Below are positions 13,453 through 26,469 of a DNA stretch of 64,000 bases, one piece after another. The number at the start of each line of letters is the position of its first letter. Position 1 is the first letter of the stretch. The stretch is from the NCBI GenBank assembly GCA_003971905.1, contig RSEE01000017.1, positions 682,001 to 746,000 of the forward strand, in the 5' to 3' direction. A program made the translations under genes and the position numbers. The notes under the pieces were generated by a model. It saw only the letters and a list, made by a program, of their open reading frames with translations, was not told the origin of the DNA and did no database searches. Source of the DNA: Moniliella sp. 'wahieum'. Its lineage: Eukaryota.

Positions 13453-14239
13453 TCACCTTGGGAGCACGTCGACGTATAATAAGAGTTCAGGGCAGTCCTC
13501 GTCAATGATACCCTTGTAAGGCAGAATCACCTTAACCAAACATTGCTTATTAGCGTAGCATGGTGATAATGCGGACCTTACAATCGGTGACCAAGGCCAC
13601 GTCTCTGATAAACGCCGTCCAGTCGTGGATACTGTTCCACCTGTTCGCCACTTCATTCGAGTACCCATTCTGGCTCAAGTATCGGCAGAAGTTCTCTCTG
13701 ATCACGTCGTACTTGGTCGGGCCCAATGTTCGGGCGTCCATTATGACAAATCTCATGACTTGGAAGATATTCTCGGACTGATAAGCGTCCCGACCCCATT
13801 CTAAGGATTTCAGACGGGAGTCGATCTCACTTTCAGGATTGTAAGCAAGCAGGAGCCCACGTTTCATGTTGTCCCAACAGAGCGCACAGGGATAGACGCA
13901 GGTACTGTGGGCAATGTCAGTGGGCTCCCCGGAAAGGGCCCTACAACCGAAGTAATAACTTGTCACCGACCGAGGGGAGACTTGTTCGATATCTAGGAAT
14001 CTCTCGATTTTCTCGAAGAGAACAGGTAGCGTCAAAGGATCGTGGTCCCATTTTTGAATGTGGGCGTACTTGAGACGTTGAAGTGCGTCATAGTCCGGCT
14101 TGGAAAGGTTTTCTGCCTCTTGGACAGCTTGGGAGACCTCCTGTGGGAAATGGATAGAGTCGTAGGGAGACCAAGCCACGGCTTGCGTTGGTTCCGGCAG
14201 CGCGGAGTTGGGGGCCGTGGGGGCGTTCGAGGCGTCCAT
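13453..14239 (-). CDS. Hypothetical protein with a retrotransposon Gag capsid-like pattern; putative 46-nt intron at 13531-13576
   Basis: Uninterrupted ORF from MDASNAPT. Residue spacing resembles Ty3/gypsy Gag CA (IQKWDHDP..KIERFL..ALSGEP..WDNMKRGLLLAYNP..LKSL..FCRYL). A GT..GCTAAT..AG intron joins in frame to VILPYKG..LPR*. Confidence 0.55.
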
Positions 14240-14859
14240 CTCAAAGACAAGTGGAGCGAGGTAGGGCACGAAGCGAGGCAAAAAGGGGTAGCGAAATATA
14301 TGCTCGAGGACTTGACGGATTGGAGGGTGTGTAACCCACGAAGCAATCACCTTGGCTAACAGGAGAGGGAGATGGGGGACAGGATGAGGATGATATTCAT
14401 CGAATGGAAAGAGGGCGAGGTATATATACCTCAGAGAAGAGAGACATGTGAGCTCAATCACACGGAGGAAGAGGAAGAGGAGCATAGTCAAAGAGGGAAA
14501 ACAGGGTCTAGAGCAAATCACAGAGACCAGTCAACTTGGGTGATCAAACGGTGATCAAGTGGGTCTGATCCCGACATTGGCGGGTATTGGCTCAAGAATC
14601 AGGTCGAGCGAGAGAAAACGGGAGGGAAGCGGTGATGGCGAGATAAAGGAAACGAACGTGAGAGAGAATGAAGGATTAGATCTTAGCGGGGCCCGTGCCC
14701 ATAACAGAGCTGAAAATGAAAATGGCGATGTCACATGTCACATGTCACATGCCGGCAGCGTGAAACATTTCAGGAGGGCTGCTCCACCACGTCACTACCC
14801 ACTTCAACGTTGAAGGTTGTCTTGGCCACTGCGTGTCTGCTTCTTCTTGCGCGACGACG

Positions 14860-16414
14860 ATGAGCACGTACCGCGAAGCCAAGGAGGGTCCGTCACTAAC
14901 CTGACTGGCGGGTCGCTCCTCCAGATCGCATCCAGTCTCGTCCCCTGGGCTGGTGCGGTCCTTCTCAAAGCGGGCCAGGTTCAGCACGGTTCTGTCCCTT
15001 GGCCACTGCGGCTCGCCGCGCAATGGGCGGTGCTGGTCCTGCCGCCCTTGGCGGCGTGCACAGTGTGGTCGCAACCAAAGGAAGCCGGGGTGTTGACAGC
15101 CGTCTTGCTTTTTGGTGCGCTTTTGCTCTTCTACCGTGCACGCACCTTGGGCTCGTCTTCGTCTTCGTCTTCGCTTCCTCCTCCTGTCCGAGCCCGACCC
15201 ACCCGGTTCCTCACCATCTACCGCGCCCATATGATGCTCATGACCGTCCTCTGCATCCTGGCGGTTGACTTTCCCATCTTCCCTCGCTCCTTGGCCAAAA
15301 CAGAGAACTTTGGGATGAGCATGATGGACCTGGGCGTGGGTTCGTTCGTATTTAGCTGGGGCTTGGTCTCGGCGCGCCCTTTGCTTTCACCGCTTTACAT
15401 CCACAACCAAACCACTGGCCTCACCTCCCTTTCGCCGCGTACACTAACCTGTGGCGCAAGACGCTCTCCAAAACGTGGCCGCTTGTTGTGCTTGCACTGG
15501 TTCGCGTGGCGGCAGTCAAGGGCGTGGCCTACCCGGAGCATATGGGCGAGTACGGGGTACACTGGAACTTCTTTGCGACACTGGCGCTGGTGCCGTTGTT
15601 GGCTACGGTGACTGCGTATCTACGCCCCTCGGGCGCAGCATCGTCTTGCTCTCCCTCGCCCTCTTGGGTGCACACGAGGCCATTCTGTCCTCGTGGGTGG
15701 GGAATGGGCACTTGCCGCCTTGCCCAACAGGGTGGCCGACGGCCTGCCTTTGCTCACCCAGAACAAAGAAGGCCTTGTATCGTTGGTAGGCTACGTCTCC
15801 ATCTTCCTTTTGGGTGTGCATGCTGGTTTGGCCGCGTTCTCCCGGGCCCACGACGTGGATTGAGTCTACTGGCGTTCGGATACGCTTTGGCCTTCTGGGT
15901 TGTCACACAGCGGAGCCATCGCCGTATGCGGCAAACCACATCCCCCTACAGCAGGATGGGGCGTCAGTCGTCGTCTGGCCAACGCAGGCTACGTCAGCTT
16001 GGTCGCTGCATACAACACGATGGTTTTGGCACTGTATGCGACGACGCAGGCTTCTATGGAGGCGGGCGTGGTGGGTACGCAGACCAGGAAACCAGTTTGC
16101 CCACCGCCCCGCCGGCTGTTTCAGCCGACCTGCTCGACGCTCTCAACCGACACGCATGCCAGCCTTCTTACTGGTACGTTATTCCTCCTCGAGACCTCAA
16201 TGGTGCAACACGGTGAACAGCTCCTGCTGTATGCTTGCTAACCTTGTTTTTTTGTTTCTAGGCCAACCTGCTCACCGGCGCAATCAACTTGCTCATGCAA
16301 ACGTGGTACCAGCCCCCCCATATCGCTTTCGGTGTCCTGGCCCTGTACTCACTTGTTGTCACTGGGGCGCCGTACGTGTGGGAGATGGTTTCGCCCAAAA
16401 CGCACGCCAACTAA
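14860..16414 (+). CDS. GWT1: GPI inositol acyltransferase (Gwt1/PIG-W)
   Basis: [96 protein letters not shown]; intron about 16174-16261; frameshifts. Confidence 0.95.
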
Positions 16415-16834
16415 AAACAAATGTGTATACTAGATCCCGGCAGGATGTGCCGTGGGCAATGCAATTGCATGTTCCCTCATGGAGAGGGGAGTGGACTCGA
16501 GGGAAGGATGCGAATAGAGATGGAAACAGGTCATGAGTCGGAGGGAGTGGTGGGATCCGTATGTCTATTACTTAGACAAGAGTTCAGTTGGACGAATTCT
16601 GGCGGGCTTTTGAATCTGCCCAACACACAGGGTGGAACGACCTAGGTATGATAAGAACTTAATGCACGAAGGTTTGCTTCGAGACACTTGTTTGGGAGTA
16701 AAGACTGGTTGATTGGCGAGGGGAGGAGGGGAATGCAAAAAGATAGTAGTGGAAAAAATAGATAGAAAACAAATTGAAGGGGTGCGTGGTGGAGAAAAGG
16801 AATGAAATGGAATGGAATCGAATGGGTGGGATTC

Positions 16835-17995
16835 TCAGAGTAGCTGAGGAGCAACAGACCAGCTGCCGTTCATAGCCATCTGTTCTCTCCCTCGTGATCC
16901 AATTGGAACATTACGAGTTGTTGACCCAAAGTCAAACAGAGGTGTGGGCGCGCCAGCACTAGTAGCCAAGCGCGAGTTTTCGTTAATGTGATTTGCAACA
17001 GTGGGGCATAAAAGGCCACGCCTTTGACCCACTCGGTCTTTTGCGCCCATTGGTTAACCTCTTGCACAAAGTGGAACGCGGTGCCCAAGTCTGGCGCGGC
17101 CTGACCACCGTAGTTCATGCACCCAATCTCAGTGATCACCACGTCCTTTTCAGGGAACGTGCTGTGCCACTGCTCGAGATACGCAATTGCATTTTCCGGC
17201 TCCGTGCCATAGTAGTGTAACGAATGCGCATCAATCGCCTCGTAAGCGTCGGGGCACTGGACTTGAACTCTTGCACACGAGATGGAATCTGGCGCGCCGT
17301 TAGTCGATGGACCAATGATCGTCCACCCGTCCTCCTTGAGAGGGAGGAGGTACTGGCGGAAAGCACCACAGGCATCTGCTTGCTTCATGTCTGCTTGGCC
17401 TACTTGATTCACCTCATTGAACGCCATTGCCACCTTGGCCTTATTCTGCTGGGCATCGCGGTCGTTGAGCACGTACTGCTCCCACGCGGCCACGCGGTCA
17501 GGCTGGTTGCTCCACAACATGGGCCAGAATTGGATGTTGTCAGGAACAAAGTTAGGCGCCGTCGGCTGGCCCTGGGTGGGACTGACGTCCCACGAGTAGA
17601 GCCATCCCATGGACTGGGTAAAAAGATCAACATTGAGCCACTTGCCAACTGCCCAGCTGAGCCCATTCTTGGCCATGGTCAATTTACTCCCGCGGCCGGC
17701 ACCAGCAAGGTGATTCTGGTCCGTGCTGTTGTGCGCATGTGTTGCGGCCGGGGAGGAATGGGAGACTGAAGCAGTTGGGTGGCTGGTGGATTGGTGCCGG
17801 TGATGGCGGTGGTGGGTGTGGTGGTGGGTGTGGTGGGTGTGGTGATGGGGACGGTGCGAGTGGTGCCGACGCACCATCCGTGCGATCTGGGAGGGGTGTG
17901 GATCGAGGGAAGCTCCGTCACGCCCGGCAGAGTGTGGCCCACACGGCGGCTGAACCAGCAGCGGCGGTGGCCAGGAGGAAGCGGAGGAGGTGCAT
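16835..17995 (-). CDS. Secreted GH128 (Asl1-like) beta-1,3-glucanase with His-rich linker
   Basis: Signal-like MHLLRFLLATAAAGSAA; motifs WLYSW, FWPMLW, AFNEVNQ, LHYY, ITEIG, WVKGVAFY are typical of GH128. Confidence 0.8.
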
Positions 17996-20482
17996 GGGGC
18001 TGGAGAGCTGGGGGAGGGATGTGGGGCGTGGGGATGGGGGCTTGCCAGAAGCGTTGGATGAAAGGGGAGACGGCCGGCGTCGTGGAGGGGAGAGAGAGAA
18101 GTGGAGGTGGGGGAACGAAGCGGGAATGGGTGGCAGGCGAGGCGGTATTTATCCCCCCGCCGGTTCGGCCGCGTGGCGAGGAGGAGGCCGGAGAGGAGAA
18201 GCAGAGCCTGCAGTGGTATAGGACACATAGGACACATAGGACGACGTATAGGACGCATGGCCAGCGTGGTGCGGCCGCAGAGACACAGCAGCGGTGTGTG
18301 GCGCCCTGCTGCCGGCACTGCCCCACTGCTGGGGGCGACGGCATGTGCGGCAGCAGCTCGCAGGCACGGGGCAGTGCAGCGGCAGCGCAGAGCAGACATG
18401 CGTGCTGCGCCAGGCCTCCACGCGGCTGGACTGGGTGATGCATGTGACAGGTGTGACGAAGCCGTGATGGCCTGCACCTCGTTACAGTACGTGTCACGTG
18501 CTACGAGTTGCTCGATGCGGGCTGCTCGTTCCTAGGAAACGCACAATGCCGCTCGAGCAACAGGTGCCTGCCGGTGCTCGCTCACGCACTGCACCCCCCA
18601 TGCAGCCCTTTTCTCCACATGCGCACCACAGGCAGCCTTGTGTGGGTACACCGGCTCTGCGTCATGGGTAGAAAGCACACGCACTCACTCGTGGCGCTTC
18701 AGCTCTCGTCTTGTGCGCACGCATCTTCTGGACGGGACTAGGCCCTCTAGCGCCCATAGCCCGTCCTCCCTCTTCGGCTGGAACAACCACCTGTTGCCAA
18801 TAGCGGTGGACGGCACTACCTCGTGTTCCAGTCCAATCAACAGGGTGGTCGCCGGCACATTATACCCACTCGCCCCCGACTTTTTCTCTTTCAAAAGGGA
18901 GAGAGACAAAAATATATGGGCTGGTCGATTGAACGTGCACACACGTTTATCAACCGCATTGCTGTTCTCATCATTCATCAGCAAGCCAACACCCAGCCGG
19001 ACCAAGTGCCACACTCCACCTCGCCCAACGTTGGTCGGAACGGATAGGAGAAGTGTTGATGTGCCCCTCTGCAGGTCTGGGTGGGACATGTCTGCTTCAT
19101 TGCGAAATTTGCACCACACCTGTTCTTTCTATACTAACTGTGCCCCTATTGGCCGCTGCGGTACTACTTGCACATAATCGCTTTTCCCTTCCAACCCTCA
19201 GCCAAACGTGGTACGCGCCCTCTGTACTACGCATACAAAAGGCGATCAATTCCCCAACCGATAGACAAGGGGGGGGGGGGGGGTAGGCTTACTACTAATA
19301 GCAATCAGTAGTGTAACGCCGTGGGAGTTTGGATATAGGAGCGAGAATATATAGGTAGGAGGGGGGCGCACTGAGGCAGGCAGGGCGTTCAAGCTTGCTT
19401 TCACGCCCTGGGCAATCTAAAAGAGGTCATCACTCAAGTCCTCAAGCACATAACAGCTCAAGATCAAATGCGACACTGAATGTTTGACGTCTCCTTCGTC
19501 CAAAGCTACCGAGAGTAGTTCGAAGTGGTACTCTAGAATGAGAAGAGAGGCCGATAGTGGTGAGCACGGCAGTCTATTGGGAAGACATGGGGAAATGTGC
19601 AGCTCGACCAGTGCAACGATCATCAAACGGTGTAATTGACCACCACAGTAGCGGCAGAAGCAGCAGGGGATTGGCAATCCTCCGTCACTGCCAAGCCCGA
19701 GAGGCTGCTTTTGATGGTTATTGCCCTTCTTTTTTGAACGCGCTCCTGTCCTCACCTTACTTTTCTCGTGTTCATTTCTGTCTTGCGCTCCTTGGACGAG
19801 AGGACAACAATGATCTGCCATCACCTGTGCAAAGCATTACCGCGGTATCACTCACCGCCGGTGCGAGGGAGGCAACTGATAGGTCCAAGTCGGACGGTGG
19901 TTCACGGTTGTGCGCCGGCAGCATCTGCCGGCAGGCCGTGGTGCGGTCATGCCAACGTTTCCAGAAGAAACTGAGGAAGAGAGAGGGCATGATGGACACC
20001 GAGACAAAGTGCAAGCCCAAGCGCTAGTGTAGAATGGGGTGGACCGGAGCTTGGTGGTTGGGCTTCGACAGAGACCAGACGGATGGACGCGGAACAGGCT
20101 AAGACGCAGCGGTAATCCGCCGGCCGCTGTCGGTGGTGAAGCCATACTAGCCAGTATTCAGTCTTTACTACTACAACTACTATTACTACTGCTACTACTA
20201 GTATAGGTCCAGCCCATGCCAGCCTACAGCAGTTCGAGACGGTTTGAGGCCGAGAACACATGGAATTCGCACATGCCAAGGGACTCGACAGCAGGTGAGC
20301 GTCTAGCACTTGACGCTAGCCGACACCCACACAGAGTAGATCAGGCAACAAAGCACTGTCTAAGGTTTTGACCAACAGGAGCTCCGAGGCGTGTCACATG
20401 CCACCCCAGTACGCCCCAAGCAACCGTTGGAGGCAAGAACGGATTGAAACAAGCCAGCTGCTCCTGCCCCTGGACGACGTAC

Positions 20483-21001
20483 TTAGTAGAACGTCTTGGG
20501 CCGGTTGGCAGCAAACACGCCCTTGGACGAGGACTTGCGGTGAGGCAGCGGGAACTTGAGGTTGGGCTGGATGAGCTGCTTGATGTAGGGGCGGCGCACG
20601 TCGGCCGCCTTCTCAATCTCGGCAATCTTGAGAATGTGGATCGAGGCAAAGCGAGCACGGTGGCGAGCGGCCATGTCCTGGTACATGTTCTCCACAGCCT
20701 CGGCGCGCGAGAGGGAACGGTACTCCTTGTACATGTTGTGGGTGCCCGAGCGCGAGTTGTAACGCAGCCACACACCAAAGTTCTTCACCTTCAGCGGCTT
20801 GGCCTCAGCAATCGCGTGCACCGCCACAATCTCACCCGTCGACTTCTTCATCTTCCGCAGCTGACGGACGAAGTACCAGAAGCGCGACTTGGCCACCACC
20901 GAGTTAGGCGCAAAGATGCGCATGCGGTACAGCTTGGGCGTCGGCTCCTTCTCCGTCGGCAGGTGACGGCCCACAACGAGGTACTCGGTGAAACGGGACA
21001 T
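20483..21001 (-). CDS. RPL20: 60S ribosomal protein L20 (eL20/L18a)
   Basis: Intact 172-aa [36 protein letters not shown]; 5'UTR intron 21010-21095 (GTGAGT..GCTAAC..CAG on the minus strand). Confidence 0.98.
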   Translation of the reverse strand: MSRFTEYLVVGRHLPTEKEPTPKLYRMRIFAPNSVVAKSRFWYFVRQLRKMKKSTGEIVAVHAIAEAKPLKVKNFGVWLRYNSRSGTHNMYKEYRSLSRAEAVENMYQDMAARHRARFASIHILKIAEIEKAADVRRPYIKQLIQPNLKFPLPHRKSSSKGVFAANRPKTFY

Positions 21002-21191
21002 GGCGAGCTCTGCGAGGAGGAGAACCAGTTAGCACACTTGCTTCCTTGGTCCGTGGACAGCACACAAAGGAGCAGCCAGGAGCAGGCCGACTCACAGGAT
21101 ACACCGGCCTTGGTAACGGTAGATGGACAACGGAGCTGGACCGACCACCTTGGCCCAACGACCTTCGAAACCCAGCCAGGGAGCGGAAGGT

Positions 21192-21199
21192 TAACCCTA
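21192..21199. promoter_or_regulatory. TAACCCTA telo-box-like motif upstream of RPL20
   Basis: The same octamer occurs twice upstream of RPS25 (33912, 33987). Confidence 0.5.
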
Positions 21200-21710
21200 G
21201 GCCAGAGAACAGAGCCCTTGTGCCCGCCTAAAATTTATTACGCCGCAGCATTTCCCAAGCGCGTAATATCATTTGAGGGCGGCCCGTTCGGATGTCGCGG
21301 CGGCTAGCGGCCTGCAGGAGGGGGGGGCGGGTATACCCCTACCCGTGGGTTAGTACCCTTGACATACCCTCCCCAGCCGTCTCAACATGGAGATGTTGGC
21401 AGTTCAGAGTGCAGAATTCAGACAGTGGCTCTCCTTTCTATTCTTACTTGCTTCCCCCCTGTAGACAGGGCTTTCTTGCGTAACCCAATCCACACCTGGG
21501 CCTCCTCACCGGCTCATCGCCAACGTTGACCCTCGCGCCCGTCGGTCCTTGTACCGAGGACATCCCCCCAGGCCATACATACTAGTATCCCTTTCAACGC
21601 CACCGCTCCTACCTCTGCCACAGGCCCTTTCGCATGTACTACCCTGACTTCCCCTCTTGCTATCTCATTTAATGAGCGATTCCTAGCACCCCACCCGACC
21701 CACAGGCATC

Positions 21711-23397
21711 TCAATCGATCTTTTGCTGGTCTGCAACTAACCACACGTATCGGTCTGGGCTGACAAAGCTCTGCAGAGCAAAGGGCGCTGGTGCGCCCGA
21801 TTCGGTCGCCGTTACCGACACAGCCTCGACGCCTGCCAAGGTGGTAGCCGACCAGAACTCGGCGGTGGTGCGGAACGCTGTTGGGTCCTCGGCATCCGCC
21901 CCTGGTACAGTTAGCTCGAGTGAGCCCGTTGCGCCCTCAGACAGGTCACCAATGTGCCAGACAACTTCCCCAGGCGCAGGCAGCGCCTCGCCATGCGAGG
22001 CCCCCGTTACCTGCCTCTGCCGGGACCGAGACGCGGATAGCCACATCGTGTAGCTCGGCAGCGGCGGTAAACTCGACAATGGCCTCGGCTCCGCCCGGGC
22101 TGGACCAGGCCAACAAGAAATCACCAGTGGCACCACGTCGCTGGCCGCCGCGGCTGATCCCGAGGCCAACGCAGCACGCCAACGCAACACACCGAGCGGG
22201 TGGTTGAGCGGGAAAGCGCGGTTGGCATCGCGCAGGGCCAACTCGGTCTGCGCCGTCCAACGAGCAGCGTCAATGTGCGGATGGGTTTTCCAGGTCAAGG
22301 CACTGGCCAGAGGACTCGCGTTGGCCGCCAAGGTCACACGCACCTTGGCCCAGTCCGCATCCCGAACGGTCAACTCCAAATCCCCGCGCACCTCAAACGA
22401 TCGCACTGACCCGTCCCGCTCGCCACCGCGTAATCCGTTCGCGCGCCAGCAGGGCCACTGGCGCACCGGATCGCCCAAGAGCATGTGGGGGTCAAATGTT
22501 GCCGTGGACGTCCTGGGCGCAGCGGGGGCAGTGGCAGCCGCAGCAGCCGGACCGGGGATCGGGACGGCGGGAGGAGGGACAGGGGACTCGGTAGGGGTAG
22601 AAGCCGAGGTTCCCAAAAAGCTGTGGCAGAGACAGATTTTTTACCCAGCTGCATCCCCTTGCCTTTGAAAGGTTTGGCCTGAGGCGCCGCCGCCGGCGCA
22701 CGCAGATCGTCGCGATGTACCGTGGGCATAGGCAAAGATCCCGTCGAGTTGCCAGCAAAGCCGCCCGGTGCAGAGGCGCCAATGGACGCAGCAAAGTTAC
22801 TGGAAGGAATGCCACGCCTTGCTGCATCGCGGCGTTGGCTCTCGAGCATCTTGGCTCGTCGCTTCAGTTCCTCCTTGGCCTCGGCTTCTTGTTGCGTTCA
22901 ATCATCTCTTGAATCTTCTCTTCGTGCGACTCCATGGCGAGGATGGTCTGGATCTGGGGCAGGGTGACAGACTCGCGGTAACCAAGGGCAATGATCTCGT
23001 CAAACGCACCCAGCAGTTCAAAGGACAGACGAAGAACCGATGCCTCGTCCACCCTGCCCGCTGCGGGACGGACGGGATAGGGTAGTCGCCGACGACGCAG
23101 GTACCGTGACAGCGTTGGCGCACATGTCTTGGACCACGCGGGCAAACAGGTGGAGCGTGTCGATGTCTTGAAGAATGTTGCTGGTGGGCGGTTGAGTGTA
23201 TGAGGAGAGTAGAGATCCTCGAGCGGCGTGTAGACATACCGCACCGTGTCGGCATCAATGGTGTGTGCTGGGAATGGGCACTGACCATGGGCGGGAACTG
23301 CAAGCAGCACTCGACCGGGAGCGGCTCATGTCGCGGAATGGCGGGCAAGGATGGGCTTGCCGGCGCGCGTACAGATGGACGCGGAGAGCACCACCAT
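21711..23397 (-). CDS. RET2: Coatomer subunit delta
   Basis: MVVLSASICTRAGKPILAR, VRYVYTPLE, FELLGAFDEIIALGYRE, ILAMESHEEKIQEMIERNK, KGKGMQLGK, mu-homology segments KTHPHID and FPLNHPLGVLRWR; frameshifts. Confidence 0.93.
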
Positions 23398-23577
23398 GGC
23401 AAGGGGGACGCAGCAGCGCACGCAGGGGGAAGAAGCGAAGGAGGTGGAGAAGGTGGCTGCCGGTCCAGCGCGGCCTGGCCGTCCCAGCGTGCTGGCGACG
23501 CTCCACCCGCCAGGCTCCACGTTGCCTCGGGGCGACGGGCGGGCTTATGTCATGTGATGTCACGCCCGGTGCTGAAG

Positions 23578-23660
23578 TAAGGCCTAAGGCCTAAGGCCTA
23601 AGGCCCGTTCGCGAAGCAGTCAGATGCCCAGCCTCGTGATGCGTGACGCGTGACTAGTGA
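23578..23660. repeat. Palindromic-core heptamer arrays (TAA-GGCC)x4 and TGA-CGCG-TGA-CTAG-TGA in the RET2/asparaginase divergent intergenic region
   Basis: Direct reading; an example of the window-wide pattern described in findings. Confidence 0.9.
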
Positions 23661-23893
23661 CTGGGCTTGTTCATCAGTGCGAGGTCGGTGCAACGTCGTT
23701 TCGGAGCAGCGGCTGCTGAGTTTCACATTCATGGATGATGCAGATGATCGATCGATGGTCGATACTCGATACCCGGTGAATTCAAGCAGTTTGCAGATGC
23801 CAAGTGGATTCAGCCCGCCTCATTTTTCCGGCCCTGGGCAGAAAAAAAAAGCACGCCGACTCGATTGCTCCATTGTTTCCCCGCCATCCCACC

Positions 23894-25999
23894 ATGTCGG
23901 AAACACTCGTACTGGCCATCTGGATTGGGGGCACGCTGGGCATGCTCCGCCACCCATCCAGGGGTACCAGCCGCATGCCTCGTTCCTCACCGAGGCGCTG
24001 CGCACCCAGCCCCGCTTCCACGATCCGTTTGGCAACTCGATCTTTAGCTGGTCCGACTCCCCGGACCGGTACCAAAAGTGGAGTACGGTTCACCGAGCCA
24101 GTGGCGCTTCCCCCAGTCGGGCCCTCCACCCGCGCCAGCGACCGCAGTTCCCACCCTTGAGCCAGTCCACGACCGACTTGGACGACGCGGCCAGCGTTAC
24201 CAGCACCCAGTGACGGGACCAATTACCCCATGCACGCCCACCCACAAGATTGGCGCCCAGGAGATCGATGCGGCGCTACTGCATTCGACCCCAACAAGAG
24301 CAGGAGGCAAGGCGTCTCCTCCCAGCCGGGGGGCAAGGGGAGGGGGGTATGGCCACCGTACGGCCGCCCCATCCAGGTCCGCTCCTCCACCCTCGATGGC
24401 ATCTCTTGTCGATGCCTCCGACTGGAGGAACGAGAAGTGGACGGCCCAGAAGGGCCTGTGCGCGTGTTGGAGTTCTCCCTGCCATCGCTCGTCTTGCCCG
24501 CTGGACACGGAGGAAAGCGGATTCGGTACTGTGTTTTGGAGTACGATCCTCTCCTCGACTCTTCCGAGATGGGATTTGACGATTACAAGCGTATGGCGGG
24601 ACATTGGACTAAACTATGCCAACTTTGACTCTTTCATCGTTCTCCACGGCACAGACACGATGGCCTACACAGCAAGTGCGTTGTCTATGCTGTTGGAAAA
24701 TCTGGGCAGTCGGTGATTGTGACAGGGGCCCAAGTCCCTCTAAGCGAATTGCGCAACGATGCGATCGAGAATGTGCTCGGCGCCTTGACGCTTGCGGGCA
24801 AATACATCATTCCAGAAGTGACGCTGTACTTTGCATCCAAGCTGTTCCGAGGCAATCGGTCCACCAAGGTATCCAACGATGCCTTGGCGCGTTTGACTCG
24901 CCCAACATGCCTCCTTTGGCGGTCGTAGGGATCGACATTAGCGTCAACTGGCAGCTGGTGCAGAGGCCACGTGACTTGCGTCGTTTCGTCCTGCCACCCG
25001 GCTCAGTCCCGACGTGGGTGATCTTACGCTTGGTCCGGGCTTGTCGCGGACCGCAGTGCGAGCGCTACTTGCGCCGCCTGTCCAGGGCGCTGTGATCGAG
25101 ACGTTTGGAGCGGGCCATGCCGGCGCCAGCCTGCTAGACTTGTTGCCGAGGCGTCCCAACGAGGCGTGGTTCTGGTCAACGTAACCCAGTGCCTGCAAGG
25201 CACAGTAAGTGGGATTTATGCCGCTGGCAAACAGTTGGCCGAGGCAGGAGTTGTGTCGGGAGCCGATATGACTCCCGAGTGTGCCCTGATGAAGTTGGCC
25301 TATCTGTTGGGCAACACCGAGTTGAGTCGAGACCAGGTACGCACCTTGGTCGGTGCTTCGCTTCGGGGCGAGTTGACCGCCGACCCACCTGGCTTGGAGG
25401 CGGATGAGGAAGGCAATATGCCATTGAAGCTTCCTGGGGTGCAGCAACTCGTGGGTGACATTCTGTTCAATCCTGCACGCCACTTGTTCCCCGCCTCATT
25501 GGCCCCGGCAACGAACAAGAAGGAGCCCAGCCACGCCGCTGCCCCTTGGTCCATCACGGCGCACGATGTGCAATCGGCGGCGGAACGGGTGATGTTGCCT
25601 TTGCTGCTGCTGCGAGCAGTGCAGAGCGAAGACGAGGTGGCGGTACGGCACTACTTGAGCAAAATCGAAGAGCAACAACAAGTCTCCCGTTTGCCCGGGG
25701 GGAGGCGATTGGGGGACCCGTATCGATGTTGGACCAACAATGTGCGCTTCACGTGGCCGCGATGGCAGGCACGACGAACCTGGTGGGACTGCTGTTGGAG
25801 GCGGGGCCAGCGTACACCTGCGCGACATGTACGGCTTCTCCCCGCTCTTCTGGCCATTCGAGGTGGGCACACCAGTGTCGCTCAACTGCTGGTCGCGACC
25901 GGTGCGTCGTTGAAGGGCGACGAACAGGCCATCCTGACCTCGCTGGCGGCTGCCCGGCCGGAAGTGGGGCGTGCGTTGGCCTGCGCGACAGAGATGTAA
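23894..25999 (+). CDS. L-asparaginase / 60-kDa lysophospholipase type with C-terminal ankyrin repeats
   Basis: IGGTLGM, LEYDPLLDSS, HGTDTMAY, TGAQVPL, FRGNRSTK, GADMTPECALMKLAYLL, ankyrin segment LHVAAMAG..VGLLLEAG; frameshifts. Confidence 0.92.
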
Positions 26000-26469
26000 G
26001 TTGTGCTGGGAAGAGGGGGTGCCCGGGGAGGGAGACAGGCTTGGACGCGCTCAAGCAGCTCGGAAGGCAATCAATGAATCAACCATTCTTGACGTTCCCC
26101 GTTGATGATGACGCGATGACGGCCCAGTCGCGAGAGTGGGCGCACCTCGGGTGTAGCAGGATGGGCAGTTAACCCGAGGGCCAGCAGGGGCCAGGAGAGC
26201 GACCGCCAGGACTGCAGCGCGGGGGAGACTGGCGCCGTGGGGCAGGGAGTGTGGCGGGGACGCACGGGGGCGTGTGTGGGGCAGCAGCCGATCGGGGGGT
26301 GGCGATGAGTGGCGCTGTGCGGCAGGGGCAGCTGCGCTGCATGCTTGCCCAAGCGCCATGTGTGGGACGTCGGGCAGAAGAGAGACGCACCGCCGACAGG
26401 GCTATCGATCGCACACCATTGCCGTTTCCCTGCCCCCCATCGCTTACGGGCACCTGTTCTACGCCAGCC

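Noticed and set aside
18500..20300. ORFs between GH128 and RPL20
   Set aside because: Short ORFs without motifs or consistent splice signals.
20444..21307. Long antisense ORFs over RPL20, RPS25, CHL4/GRC3 and other GC-rich genes
   Set aside because: Shadow ORFs expected from GC-rich codon bias; no recognisable motifs.
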